Assembly: GCA_044233645.1 (NCBI GenBank) | Contig: JBIIJP010000005.1 | Coordinates: 3,519-67,518 of the forward strand | Length of the DNA: 64,000 nt | Source: Methylocystis sp. | GTDB taxonomy: Bacteria > Pseudomonadota > Alphaproteobacteria > Rhizobiales > Beijerinckiaceae | Direction: 5' to 3' | Shown here: positions 46,342 to 55,532 of the stretch, in pieces | Layout: each line of letters starts with the position of its first letter | How positions within the stretch are numbered: position 1 is the first letter of the stretch | Notes under the pieces: generated by a model | The model's database searches: none | The model's input: only the letters and a program-made list of their open reading frames with translations | Told to the model about the DNA's origin: nothing | Program-made: the position numbers and the translations under genes

Positions 46342-48023
46342 ATTGCGGTCGCTTTTAACTGAGACGCAGCGGCGCGAATTTCCTCAAGCGTCGCCGCAAG
46401 CGTGACAAAGTCAATGGGCTTGGTGAGAACCGCATCGACGCCAGCGGCGCACGCAGCGCGGCGGTCATCTTCCAGCGCGCTCGCCGTCAGGGCAAGAATA
46501 GGCGTTCTGGGTCGTTGCATCTGTTCTTCAAGAGCACGGATGGCGCGCGTTGCGTCGCGCCCATCAAGCTCAGGCATGAACAAATCCATGACGATCAGAT
46601 CGAAAGACTCTTCACTGGCGAGGCGCGCGGCCTCGACGCCATTGTGCGCCCGGCGCAGTTCGGCGCCCAGCTTGTCAAAATGGCGCGCAAGGATCAACGC
46701 ATTGATATCGTTGTCCTCCGCAACCAAAACTCTTAGGCCCGAAAGCGCGCGCAGGGGCTCCATCGTCGCTGGGTGCGCCTGCGGCAATGGCGCGCTGTTC
46801 AACCGCGCCAGGGCCGTCGCCGCGCGCACTGGCTTGACCAGCCATCCATCGAAATCATGCAAGGCGGCTTCGCCAAAGGCTCGACGTTCGAGCGGCGAGA
46901 ACATCAGGAATAATCGAGAGGCGCCTACCCCTCGAGCTGCAAAGGCCAGTCGACGCACTCTCTCCTGGCCAAGCGAGCAATCGATAATCGCCGCATCATA
47001 CAGCCCGACAGGACAAGAGGCTTTCTGATCGGGCGTGAAAGCGCACGGATCGAGGATATCCACGGACGCCCCGGCGGCGCGAAGGGTTTTGGCGAGAAAG
47101 GGCGCCACGAAGCGAGTTTGCGCGATCACCGCGAAACGTTTTCCGCCCAAATACGCGAGCGGCTCTTCCTCGACGCGGGTCATGGGCAATGTGAGTTCGA
47201 AAATGGAGCCGTCGTCAGAAGTTTCATGTAAAACGAGGGCGCCTCCCATTGCAACGGCCAACCGGCGAGAGATCGCCAATCCCAGGCCTGCGCCGCCATC
47301 GCGGCGAGTCGTCGATGAGTCGGCTTGCGCGAAATCCTCGAATATCGTTGCTTGCGCCGAAACAGGCACGCCGGGGCCTGTATCGATAACCTGAAACCGT
47401 AATCCCGCAGGGGTAGACGTCACCACCACCCCGATCCCGCCGTGATCGGTGAATTTAATCGCATTGCCAATCAGATTAAGAAGGATCTGACGCAGCCGCG
47501 CCGGGTCGCCGACAATGTTCCGATAGGCGTCTGGCGCAATGCAGCTGGCGATTTCCAGACCTTTGGCGAAAGCGCGCGGGGCCAGTAATTCGACCACGCC
47601 CTCGACAAGCGGCGCCAAATCAAAATGTTCGGCGCGAACATCCAGACGGCCGGCTTCGATTTTTGAGAAATCGAGGATATCGTCGATCAGCTGCCCCAAC
47701 GCGCGTCCAGAATCCTCGATCGCTTCGACATAGCTTGCCTGCTCTGCGTCAAGGCGCGTCATCGCCAGTAGTTGCGCAAGGCCGATCACCCCGCTCAACG
47801 GCGTGCGTATCTCATGACTGACCATAGCGAGAAATCGCGATTTGGCTTCGTTGGACGCTTCGGCGCGGTCGCGTTCGGCGGCGGCGGCGCGCAATTCCCA
47901 TATTTGATCGCGCAAGATGTCGAATTCATCGCTCACGCGTCGCTGGCTCCGTCGCCAGATTAGTCCGAACATCAGAGTGACCGCCGCGACAACAACGCTG
48001 GCGATGATGACCGGTAAACTCAC
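46338..48023 (-). CDS. hybrid sensor histidine kinase/response regulator
   Basis: N-terminal TM, H-box SHEIRTPLSGVIGL, N/G boxes, and a C-terminal receiver LRVLVAEDNDINALIL ... DLIVMDLFMPELDG. The GTG start overlaps the comM stop. Confidence 0.9.
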   Translation of the reverse strand: MSLPVIIASVVVAAVTLMFGLIWRRSQRRVSDEFDILRDQIWELRAAAAERDRAEASNEAKSRFLAMVSHEIRTPLSGVIGLAQLLAMTRLDAEQASYVEAIEDSGRALGQLIDDILDFSKIEAGRLDVRAEHFDLAPLVEGVVELLAPRAFAKGLEIASCIAPDAYRNIVGDPARLRQILLNLIGNAIKFTDHGGIGVVVTSTPAGLRFQVIDTGPGVPVSAQATIFEDFAQADSSTTRRDGGAGLGLAISRRLAVAMGGALVLHETSDDGSIFELTLPMTRVEEEPLAYLGGKRFAVIAQTRFVAPFLAKTLRAAGASVDILDPCAFTPDQKASCPVGLYDAAIIDCSLGQERVRRLAFAARGVGASRLFLMFSPLERRAFGEAALHDFDGWLVKPVRAATALARLNSAPLPQAHPATMEPLRALSGLRVLVAEDNDINALILARHFDKLGAELRRAHNGVEAARLASEESFDLIVMDLFMPELDGRDATRAIRALEEQMQRPRTPILALTASALEDDRRAACAAGVDAVLTKPIDFVTLAATLEEIRAAASQLKATAI

Positions 48024-49558
48024 GCTGCGAGCCGGCCGGCTGCGAGACCCGATCGATAGGCCAGCGCCTCGGCGAGATGAGGGCGCGACACCTGTTCGGC
48101 CCCGTCGAGGTCGGCGATGGTGCGCGCAAGTTTCAGCACGCGATGGAACCCTCGCGCGGTGAGGGCATATTTTTCTGACGCTTCGCGGATCAGTTTTGTC
48201 CCGCCGACGTCGAGTTGCGCGACATCCTCGATCACGCCAGCCGGCGCGGCGGCGTTGGCGACAACGCCGGGCAAATCCAGCGCATCGTATCGCGCCCGCT
48301 GGCGCGCGCGCGCGCGGGCGACACGCGCTGCGATCTCGCGGGAACCTTCCGCCGATGGCGGCAAAACGAGATCGGCGGCTGATACGGCGGGCGTAACAAT
48401 CTGAAGATCGAAACGGTCTAGCAATGGTCCCGATAAACGCGCCTGATATTGCGCCTCGCAGCGCTCGTTGGGCTGACGTCGGCAGGCGTAACCGGGATCG
48501 CGCGCATGACCGCAGCGGCAGGGATTCATCGCTGCGACAAGCTGAAAGCGGGCGGGATAAACGACACGATGGTTTGCGCGCGACACCGCAACCTCGCCGT
48601 TCTCCAGCGGCTGACGGAGACTGTCGAGAACCTGCGGATGAAATTCCGGCAATTCGTCCAGAAACAGCACGCCATTGTGGGCCAGTGAAATTTCTCCCGG
48701 CCTGGCATGGGTTCCGCCGCCGACCAGCGCCGCCATGGAGGCTGAGTGATGGGGGGCGCGGAAAGGCCGGCGATCGGTGAGTTCGCCGCCGGCGATTTGC
48801 CCGGCGATGGAATGGATCATCGAGACTTCGAGCAATTCCCGCGGCGCGAGCGGCGGCAGTATCGACGGCAGCCGCGCCGCCAGCATTGATTTGCCGGCGC
48901 CGGGCGGGCCGCTCATCAGCAGATTGTGGCCGCCGGCCGCAGCAACCTCCAGCGCCCGCTTGGCGCTCTCCTGACCCTTGATGTCACGCAAATCAAGCAT
49001 GTCCGCAGCCGGCGGTCGCACAGCTGGCGTCGGTCGCGCCATGATCTGCGCGCCACGGATATGATTGACGAGCTGGATCAGCGACCGGGGAGCCAGGACC
49101 TCCATATCGCCCGAGGCCCAGGCGGCCTCGGGACCGCAATCATATGGACAAATCAGCCCCTGTCCGCGGGCATTGGCGGCGACGGCAGCCGGCAATACGC
49201 CGGCGACTGGCGTCAACCCCCCATCCAGCGCCAGTTCGCCGAGGACGCAAAAGCCTTCCAGCGCATCGGCGGGAATAGCGCCAATCGCCGCCATCACGCC
49301 CAGCGCAATCGGCAGATCGTAGTGGCTGCCCTCCTTCGGCATGTCGGCCGGCGCGAGGTTGACGGTGATGCGCTTGGCCGGAAGCGCGAGTCCAGAGGCG
49401 ATCAACGCCGCCCTTACCCGTTCTCGGGACTCAGCGACCGCTTTGTCGCCAAGGCCGACGACATTGAACACTACCGAACCGCTGGAGATCTGAACCTGCA
49501 CGTCGACGGACCGCGCCTCGACGCCCTCGAAAGCGACCGTCGCCACTCGAACCGCCAT
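48020..49558 (-). CDS. comM: YifB/ComM family Mg-chelatase-like AAA+ ATPase
   Basis: N-terminal Lon-like domain (VDVQVQISSG...VGLGDKAVAESRERVRAAL), Walker A GPPGAGKSMLA and a C-terminal ChlI-type region. Confidence 0.9.
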   Translation of the reverse strand: MAVRVATVAFEGVEARSVDVQVQISSGSVVFNVVGLGDKAVAESRERVRAALIASGLALPAKRITVNLAPADMPKEGSHYDLPIALGVMAAIGAIPADALEGFCVLGELALDGGLTPVAGVLPAAVAANARGQGLICPYDCGPEAAWASGDMEVLAPRSLIQLVNHIRGAQIMARPTPAVRPPAADMLDLRDIKGQESAKRALEVAAAGGHNLLMSGPPGAGKSMLAARLPSILPPLAPRELLEVSMIHSIAGQIAGGELTDRRPFRAPHHSASMAALVGGGTHARPGEISLAHNGVLFLDELPEFHPQVLDSLRQPLENGEVAVSRANHRVVYPARFQLVAAMNPCRCGHARDPGYACRRQPNERCEAQYQARLSGPLLDRFDLQIVTPAVSAADLVLPPSAEGSREIAARVARARARQRARYDALDLPGVVANAAAPAGVIEDVAQLDVGGTKLIREASEKYALTARGFHRVLKLARTIADLDGAEQVSRPHLAEALAYRSGLAAGRLAA

Positions 49559-49644
49559 TTCCTCGCTCCGTCTCCATCAACCCATTGACTTCAGCTTAGC
49601 TTTAAAAGCAAAGGCAGGCAAGAACAAGAGAAGAACAAAAAGGC

Positions 49645-49674
49645 CAAAAAAAAGCGGCGCACAGCGCCGCTTTT
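49645..49674 (-). terminator. intrinsic terminator after ORF 49697-50440
   Basis: GCGGCGC-ACA-GCGCCGC hairpin. On the minus strand it is followed by a run of 8-9 T (plus-strand AAAAAAAA at 49646-49653). Confidence 0.75.
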
Positions 49675-49696
49675 ATCCCGGGGTATCGTCAGCTTG

Positions 49697-50440
49697 CTAT
49701 TCGGCTGGCGTCGCCTCATGGCCCTCGTTACCAACGTCGATCGCTGGCGCAGGATCCTCGGCGATTGGTTCACGCGGAGCTGAGCCAGGACCGCTCGGAC
49801 CCGGTCCCCCGCCCGTCGTGAGGATCGGTTTCACCGTGGCGGTCTGACGTCGGCGGTGGACAAGATAAATCGTGGAAAGGGCCAAAACGCCAAGGGTCAT
49901 CATGAGATATGACGGCAGATCGCGCATGAAGGTGCGGTCCACAGAGAAAGGAAAGCGCGAGGTCCAGGCTTCGCCGTGATCGCCAATCACGGTGACGATG
50001 CCGACATAATATCCCCCCTCCTTGAAATCATGTTCAAAGTTGATCGTGCCGCCGGGATATTTTTTCGGCGGGCTGTAGGCGACGGTCACGGCGTCGATGT
50101 TTTCATTTTCCGCCTCTTCGCCGCCGACATCCTTGACGATACGGATCGAGACCTGCATGTCGCGCAGCTCGTCCTGGATCGCATCAAGGACCATGATTAT
50201 AGGGCCTGTCGAGGGGATATCCTCACAGAATTCGTTTTTTGAGGCTTCGGGCAGGTAACCTGTGAAATTCATCACATCCGGACCGACAAACAGACGACAG
50301 CGTCCTTCAGCGGCGCCCAGACGACCATGAGCATGAGCAGGAAGCCCGGAGATCCACAAGGCTCCGGCGATCAAACTTATTATTCCGGCTCCCCGGGCTA
50401 AGGGGCGAAATAGTCTGGAGAGAAGTTTCGCGGTTTTCAT
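49697..50440 (-). CDS. hypothetical exported protein with C-terminal TM anchor, paralogous to ORF 16898-17464
   Basis: Signal peptide ending LPAHA, then HGRLGAAEGRCRLF ... FCEDIPSTGPIIMVLDAIQDELRDMQVSIRI ... KKYPGGTINF. One TM (LMMTLGVLALSTIYLV) and a Pro/Gly-rich tail. ATG at 50440. Confidence 0.6.
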   Translation of the reverse strand: MKTAKLLSRLFRPLARGAGIISLIAGALWISGLPAHAHGRLGAAEGRCRLFVGPDVMNFTGYLPEASKNEFCEDIPSTGPIIMVLDAIQDELRDMQVSIRIVKDVGGEEAENENIDAVTVAYSPPKKYPGGTINFEHDFKEGGYYVGIVTVIGDHGEAWTSRFPFSVDRTFMRDLPSYLMMTLGVLALSTIYLVHRRRQTATVKPILTTGGGPGPSGPGSAPREPIAEDPAPAIDVGNEGHEATPAE

Positions 50441-50821
50441 AAGTACCCCCGGTCTTTCGCGTCTCAACGCCACACGACACAGGAAAAAGTCTTGAGCGCC
50501 CAGCCTTGACTGGATTCTCAAAAGGGGAAGGGTAGCGCATTCTTGACGTAGGGCAAGTACGCATTCTTTTTTGAATGCAGATTGGCGAAAATTCGACGTT
50601 TCGCGCTCAAGCCGCCGACTTGGGCCACCTGCAATTCCCGGCCACGCACGAGTGTATGGCTCGCAGCAGTCGGGGGCGATGCGACGGCGCGACGAACCTT
50701 ACAAAGAGTTCATCTCCCGATGGCTTGCCTCCCCCCCGCGAGCCCGCCATATTGACGGTAGTTTCGTGGGACTTCCACGATGGTGCGCCAGTCTCGGCGC
50801 GAGCAACAACGAGAGGGTAAA

Positions 50822-51586
50822 ATGTCCAACTTCGACGGCAAATGGGGCGTCGGTTACGAGCGGAGCGTCGGCCGGTCTACAGCGGTCGAGGTCGATCAGG
50901 GCCTGCGTGCCTACATGCTCGGCGTTTACAACTACATGACGATCGGCCTCGCCATCACTGGCGCGACCGCTCTGGGCGTCTACATGATGGCGGTTACCAA
51001 GACGGGTGGCGCAATGGCGCTCACGCCCTTCGGTCAGGCGATTTTCACCTCGCCGCTGCGCTGGGTGATCATGCTGTCGCCGCTCGCCTTCATCTTCATG
51101 TTCGGCGCGCGGATGAGCGGTATGTCCGTTGCTTCGGCGCGCAACATGTTTTTTGCCTTCTCGGCGGTGATGGGCCTGTCGATGTCGTCGATCCTGCTCG
51201 TCTTCACTGGCGTGTCGGTGGCGCGGGTCTTCTTCATCACGGCGGCGGCTTTCGGCGGCCTGAGCATTTACGGCTATCTCACGAAGCGTGATCTCTCGGC
51301 CTTTGGCTCCTTCCTGGTAATGGGCGTCTGGGGTCTGGTGATCGCCGGTCTGGTCAATTTGTTCCTGCAGTCGACGGGCCTTCAGTTCGCGCTGTCAATC
51401 CTGTCGGTGCTGATCTTCTCCGGCCTCACCGCCTGGGATACCCAGATGATCAAGGACATGTATTTCGAGACGGATGGTTATGAAGTCGCTCAGAAGAAGA
51501 GCATCTTCGGCGCGCTGTCGCTCTATCTCGATTTCATCAACATGTTCCAGTCGCTGCTCTTCCTGTTCGGCGACCGCGACAATTGA
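50822..51586 (+). CDS. BAX inhibitor-1/YccA (YbhL-like) family membrane protein
   Basis: Seven TM segments. LRAYMLGVYNYMTIGLAITG ... C-terminal GALSLYLDFINMFQSLLFLFG is typical of the family. ATG at 50822. Confidence 0.85.
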   Translation: MSNFDGKWGVGYERSVGRSTAVEVDQGLRAYMLGVYNYMTIGLAITGATALGVYMMAVTKTGGAMALTPFGQAIFTSPLRWVIMLSPLAFIFMFGARMSGMSVASARNMFFAFSAVMGLSMSSILLVFTGVSVARVFFITAAAFGGLSIYGYLTKRDLSAFGSFLVMGVWGLVIAGLVNLFLQSTGLQFALSILSVLIFSGLTAWDTQMIKDMYFETDGYEVAQKKSIFGALSLYLDFINMFQSLLFLFGDRDN

Positions 51587-51603
51587 TCGGCGACGATTGA
51601 GGA

Positions 51604-51634
51604 AAAAAGCCTCGCTCCGGCGGGGCTTTTTTTT
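51604..51634. terminator. bidirectional intrinsic terminator between convergent genes
   Basis: AAAAAAGCCTCGC-TCCG-GCGGGGCTTTTTTTT has an A-run before and a T-run after the hairpin. Confidence 0.75.
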
Positions 51635-52047
51635 CACTCACGTCCAACCAGCTTCAGGCTCTTGTCAAGCACGCGCAACACCCGCGCCAGATCGTGGCCG
51701 CGCCGGAGGATCTGGCCATTGGCGGCGACCACGCAATAGGCGCCCTGCCGACGCGCCAGTTCGGGATTTTTCTCGACACGATAGAGCGGCATTTCGCTGG
51801 CGCGGCGAAAGATCGAGAACACCGCCTTTGACGGCATGAAATCGAGGGCGTAATCGCGCCATTCGCCAGCGGCGACCCGTGCGCCATAGAGATTAAACAA
51901 GAGATTGAGTTCGCGACGATCAAAAGAGATGACGGCGGACTTCCCAACGCTCTCCGTGACCGGCGGCGACGCCGCGCAGCCGGTTCCAGACACAAGCGCC
52001 AGCGCAGGCCGCCTGGACGGCGGGTGAGAAGCATCCGTTTCGGCCAT
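51634..52047 (-). CDS. DUF2794 domain-containing protein
   Basis: VISFDRRELNLLFNLYGARVAAGEWRDYALDFMPSKAVFSIFRRASEMPLYRVEKNPELARRQGAY matches my memory of the DUF2794 family. ATG at 52047. Confidence 0.7.
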   Translation of the reverse strand: MAETDASHPPSRRPALALVSGTGCAASPPVTESVGKSAVISFDRRELNLLFNLYGARVAAGEWRDYALDFMPSKAVFSIFRRASEMPLYRVEKNPELARRQGAYCVVAANGQILRRGHDLARVLRVLDKSLKLVGRE

Positions 52048-52150
52048 GCGCCGCGACTCCTTTGTCTTTCCAGCATGTTGACCCGCTCCATCGACAGGCG
52101 CAAGCCTGTTATCGCGGCGGATGGCCCGGCAGTCGCGTCTCTGGCCGCCC

Positions 52151-52178
52151 CTTGCAAATCCAGCTACGAGCCCCGAAT
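52151..52178 (+). promoter_or_regulatory. putative RpoH (sigma-32) heat-shock promoter of htpG
   Basis: cCCCTTGCAA (-35) at 52151-52157, a 13-nt spacer, then CCCCGAAT (-10) at 52171-52178, compared with the consensus CCCTTGAA-N13-15-CCCCATNT. About 83 nt upstream of the htpG ATG. Confidence 0.55.
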
Positions 52179-52260
52179 TCCAGGCTTGGGTCCCGCCCCG
52201 GCGGCTCCCGCTTCCCAACTCCCGGCGCCTTTTTCCGGCGCCCAACCCTACGGAGATTGC

Positions 52261-54174
52261 ATGACGACCGACGCCGCTTCCGCCGACGCCGCAGCCCGCG
52301 AGACGACCGAAGCCGCCGATTATGGTTTTGAGGCGAATGTCGAACAGCTCCTCGAGCTGATGACGCATTCGGTCTATTCCGAGCGCGACGTTTTTGTGCG
52401 CGAACTGATTTCCAACGCCGCGGACGCCTGCGAAAAACTGCGCTACGAGGCGTTATCCGACGCCGCTCTCGCCGCCGAGGCGGGAGCGCCGCTTATTACC
52501 CTTGCTCTCGACAAGGACAAACGTTTGCTGACGATTTCCGATAATGGCGTCGGCATGTCTCGCGAGGAGTTGATTTCGGCGCTGGGGTCCATCGCCAATT
52601 CCGGCACCCGCGCCTTCCTCGACAAAATCGGCGCCGAAAAGACTGACGCCGCCGGTTCGTTGATTGGTCGCTTTGGCGTCGGTTTCTATTCTGCATTTAT
52701 GGTCGCCGACCGGGTCGAGGTCGCGACGCGACGCGCCGGGTCGACCGAGGCATGGCTGTGGACCTCCGCAGGCAAGGGCAAATATTCGATTGCGCCGCTC
52801 GATCCGGCTCGGGCGCCGGCTGTCGGCACACGGGTGACGCTGCATCTCAATTCAGAGAGCGACGAGTTTCTCGACGCCTGGCGGCTTGAAACGATCGTGC
52901 GCGAACATTCCGGCGCCGTGGCGACGCCCATCGATCTGATCGCAGCCCCCGGCGAAGAGGCGAAGCGCATCGCCGATGGCGTTGCGCTTTGGACCAAATC
53001 AAAATCCGACATCACCGACGAAGAATATGCGGATTTTTATCGACAGCTCTCTGGCCAGTTCGATGAGCCGGCGCTTACGGTTCACTGGCGCGCGGAGGGC
53101 CGCACCGAATATAGCGTGCTTGCCTTCATTCCCGGTTCGCGTCCGCTTGATTTGTTCGATCCGGCCCGCAAGAGCAAATCGAAACTCTACGTGCGTCGTG
53201 TGCTGATCTCGCGCGACGCCGAGCTTTTGCCGGCGTGGCTGCGCTTCGTGCGCGTCGTCGTGGACAGCGCCGATGTTCCGCTCAACGTTTCGCGCGAGAT
53301 GGCGCAGAAAAGTCCGGCGATCGCCGCCATCGGCAAGTCGATTGCGACCCGGATGCTGCAGGAATTGACCAGGCTTGCCGAAAACGATCCAGAAAAATTC
53401 GCCAAAATCTGGGAGAATTTCGGCGCCGTGCTCAAGGAAGGCCTGCACGAAGATCCCTCGCGTCGCGACGCGTTGTTTGCCCTGGCGCGCTTTGCGACAA
53501 CCAAAAGCGATGGCAAAAATCGCACGTTAAAGGATTATGTGGCCGATCTGCGCGAGAACCAGACAGCGATTTACTATATCACGGGCGACGATGTGAAACG
53601 CCTGGCGGCGAGTCCGCAGATCGAAGGTTTCCGTGCGCGCGGCGTGGAAGTTCTTTTGCTTGACGACTCGGTTGACGCCTTCTGGGTAACGAGCGCGCTT
53701 GGCTTCGACGGCAAGCCGTTCAAATCGGTGACACAGGGACAGGCGGATATCGACGCCATACCGCGCGTAGAATCCGATGCGCCGGATACGGCGCCGCCGG
53801 CCGATATGGGCGCGCTTGTCACAGTCCTAAAGGAAACGCTGGCGGAATATGTCGAGGACGTGCGCGTATCGACTCGTCTGACGGAGAGCGCCGCCTGCCT
53901 GATCGCCTCCGACAAGGGTCTCGACCGACAATTGGCGCGTCTGCTCGCCGAACATGGCCAGCAGGGGATGCTTGGAAAGCCTGTGCTGGAGATCAACGCC
54001 AAACATCCCGCTGTCGCAATGTTGTCGACGACGCTGGCTGAAAAAGGCCGTGAAGTCTCAACGGACGGCATGTATCTGCTGCTCGATCTCGCCCGAGTCG
54101 CCGATGGCGAACAACCCGTCGACGCCAGCGCTTTCGTCAAACGTCTCGGGGCGCTGATCGCGAAGGGCGTATAG
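52261..54174 (+). CDS. htpG: molecular chaperone HtpG (Hsp90)
   Basis: FEANVEQLLELMTHSVYSERDVFVRELISNAADACEKLRYE and GRFGVGFYSAFMVAD. ATG at 52261 with GGAG upstream; the track ORF start at 52024 is upstream read-through. Confidence 0.95.
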   Translation: MTTDAASADAAARETTEAADYGFEANVEQLLELMTHSVYSERDVFVRELISNAADACEKLRYEALSDAALAAEAGAPLITLALDKDKRLLTISDNGVGMSREELISALGSIANSGTRAFLDKIGAEKTDAAGSLIGRFGVGFYSAFMVADRVEVATRRAGSTEAWLWTSAGKGKYSIAPLDPARAPAVGTRVTLHLNSESDEFLDAWRLETIVREHSGAVATPIDLIAAPGEEAKRIADGVALWTKSKSDITDEEYADFYRQLSGQFDEPALTVHWRAEGRTEYSVLAFIPGSRPLDLFDPARKSKSKLYVRRVLISRDAELLPAWLRFVRVVVDSADVPLNVSREMAQKSPAIAAIGKSIATRMLQELTRLAENDPEKFAKIWENFGAVLKEGLHEDPSRRDALFALARFATTKSDGKNRTLKDYVADLRENQTAIYYITGDDVKRLAASPQIEGFRARGVEVLLLDDSVDAFWVTSALGFDGKPFKSVTQGQADIDAIPRVESDAPDTAPPADMGALVTVLKETLAEYVEDVRVSTRLTESAACLIASDKGLDRQLARLLAEHGQQGMLGKPVLEINAKHPAVAMLSTTLAEKGREVSTDGMYLLLDLARVADGEQPVDASAFVKRLGALIAKGV

Positions 54175-54178
54175 AAGA

Positions 54179-55045
54179 GTGCCGTCCGCGGCCCGGACGC
54201 GGGCGCAGGCGCTGACCGCGCTTGCGCGACAGTTCGACGCCGCCGGCGTCGATACGCCGGCGGAAGACGCGCGGATTTTATTGCGCGCCGCCTGCGGTCT
54301 GACGCGTCTTGAACTTGCGATTGAGCCGAATGGACTTCTTACCGGCGAGGAAGAAAATCGGCTTGAGTCCTTCGCCGCGCGGCGTACGAAACATGAGCCT
54401 GTGTCGCGCATCCTTGGCGCGCGTGGATTTTGGACTCTCGATCTGACACTAGCTCCTGATGTGCTCGATCCGCGCGCCGATACCGAAACCCTGGTGGAGA
54501 CAGCCTTGCGGCTTTGCCGCGACGCGCCGCCCAAAACGATGCTCGATCTCGGTTCGGGATCTGGCGCTATAGTCTGTGCGCTGCTCTGCGAATGGCCGCA
54601 GGCGCGTGCGGTCGCAGTCGATCTATCGCCGTATGCCTGCCGCGCGACAACACAAAATCTCTCGCGATTGGGCTTGGACAACCGCGCTCTGGTGTTGCGC
54701 GGTCGCTGGGGGGACGCCCTCGCCGCCGGACGCTTCGATCTGATTGTCTCCAATCCGCCCTACATCGCGACCGGCGACCTTGCCGGTCTCGATCCGGCAG
54801 TGCGGCTCTACGATCCGCCCCTGGCGCTCGACGGCGGCGCCGACGGACTGGACGCCTATCGAATTATCGCATCCGATCTGACGCGTCTCGTTGCGCCGGG
54901 GGCGCATGTGCTGTTCGAAGTTGGCGTCAGGCAGGCGGATGACGTCGCCGCCCTGCTTGCGGCTCAGGGGTTGACGCCGGCCGGCCGGACGCAGGATCTC
55001 GGCGGGCGCGATCGGGTTGTGGCCGCCCGCTGGACGCAGGGCTGA
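54179..55045 (+). CDS. prmC: peptide chain release factor N5-glutamine methyltransferase
   Basis: SAM motif LDLGSGSGAI and catalytic IVSNPPYI. GTG start 4 nt after the htpG stop. Confidence 0.9.
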   Translation: MPSAARTRAQALTALARQFDAAGVDTPAEDARILLRAACGLTRLELAIEPNGLLTGEEENRLESFAARRTKHEPVSRILGARGFWTLDLTLAPDVLDPRADTETLVETALRLCRDAPPKTMLDLGSGSGAIVCALLCEWPQARAVAVDLSPYACRATTQNLSRLGLDNRALVLRGRWGDALAAGRFDLIVSNPPYIATGDLAGLDPAVRLYDPPLALDGGADGLDAYRIIASDLTRLVAPGAHVLFEVGVRQADDVAALLAAQGLTPAGRTQDLGGRDRVVAARWTQG

Positions 55046-55486
55046 TCTCTCGAATGCGAGATCCGGGGTTTTTGCCGCTTACCGGTCGAGCCGCCCCCTT
55101 GGCGTAGCCGCCGTGAGCGGTTATAAGGTCAAGATACCCGTATTCGTCGAAGTCGGGTTTGAGGGAGCTGAGTGACCGGCTCCCCGCCGCGTAAGCGGAG
55201 ACCAGCGACCGGCAGTGTAATGCCGGCGCCGACGACGAAACAGTCACCGCGGCGTAGATCGAGGACCCATAGCGCGTGGCGCATCGGGTCGTAACCAGCG
55301 CGCGGGTAAACAGCACTTACGCCACTGTTTGCGGTCGCACCGCCTTTACCGGCCGATCAGCTTCAGGCGCAGAGCATGAAACGACCGCAAGTCTGCGGCG
55401 GTTTCGACTGGCGTTTTATGGCGTCGATACGAGAGGCGGCGTTCCCGCACCGCGACGACGCGAGATGCGAGACAGCGGATTGGCCC

Positions 55487-55522
55487 GCGTTTCGCCGGGG
55501 CGAGAAACGCCCTGTATTTTTT
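55487..55522 (+). terminator. intrinsic terminator-like hairpin immediately upstream of the DUF4167 gene
   Basis: GCGTTTCGCC-GG-GGCGAGAAACGC (2-nt bulge) followed by CCTGTATTTTTT. It ends 11 nt before the ATG at 55533. Confidence 0.5.
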
Positions 55523-55532
55523 CGGGGGTTCT

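Noticed and set aside
54058-54753. 231-aa minus-strand ORF across the htpG end and prmC
   Set aside because: It is antisense to two well-supported genes. The Arg/Ser/Ala-rich composition is typical of GC-rich antisense frames.
55046-55532. Two-piece tmRNA, RNase P RNA, SRP RNA or cobalamin riboswitch in the prmC-DUF4167 spacer
   Set aside because: There is no T-arm (GGTTCGA) followed by CTCCACCA on either strand. The AGADDETVTAA-encoding frame does not resemble the ANDN... tags of alphaproteobacteria. The GGAAAGUCCGGGC (RNase P) and GGAAGG (SRP) cores are absent. GCCACTG is present, but the order of B12-box-like elements is wrong.
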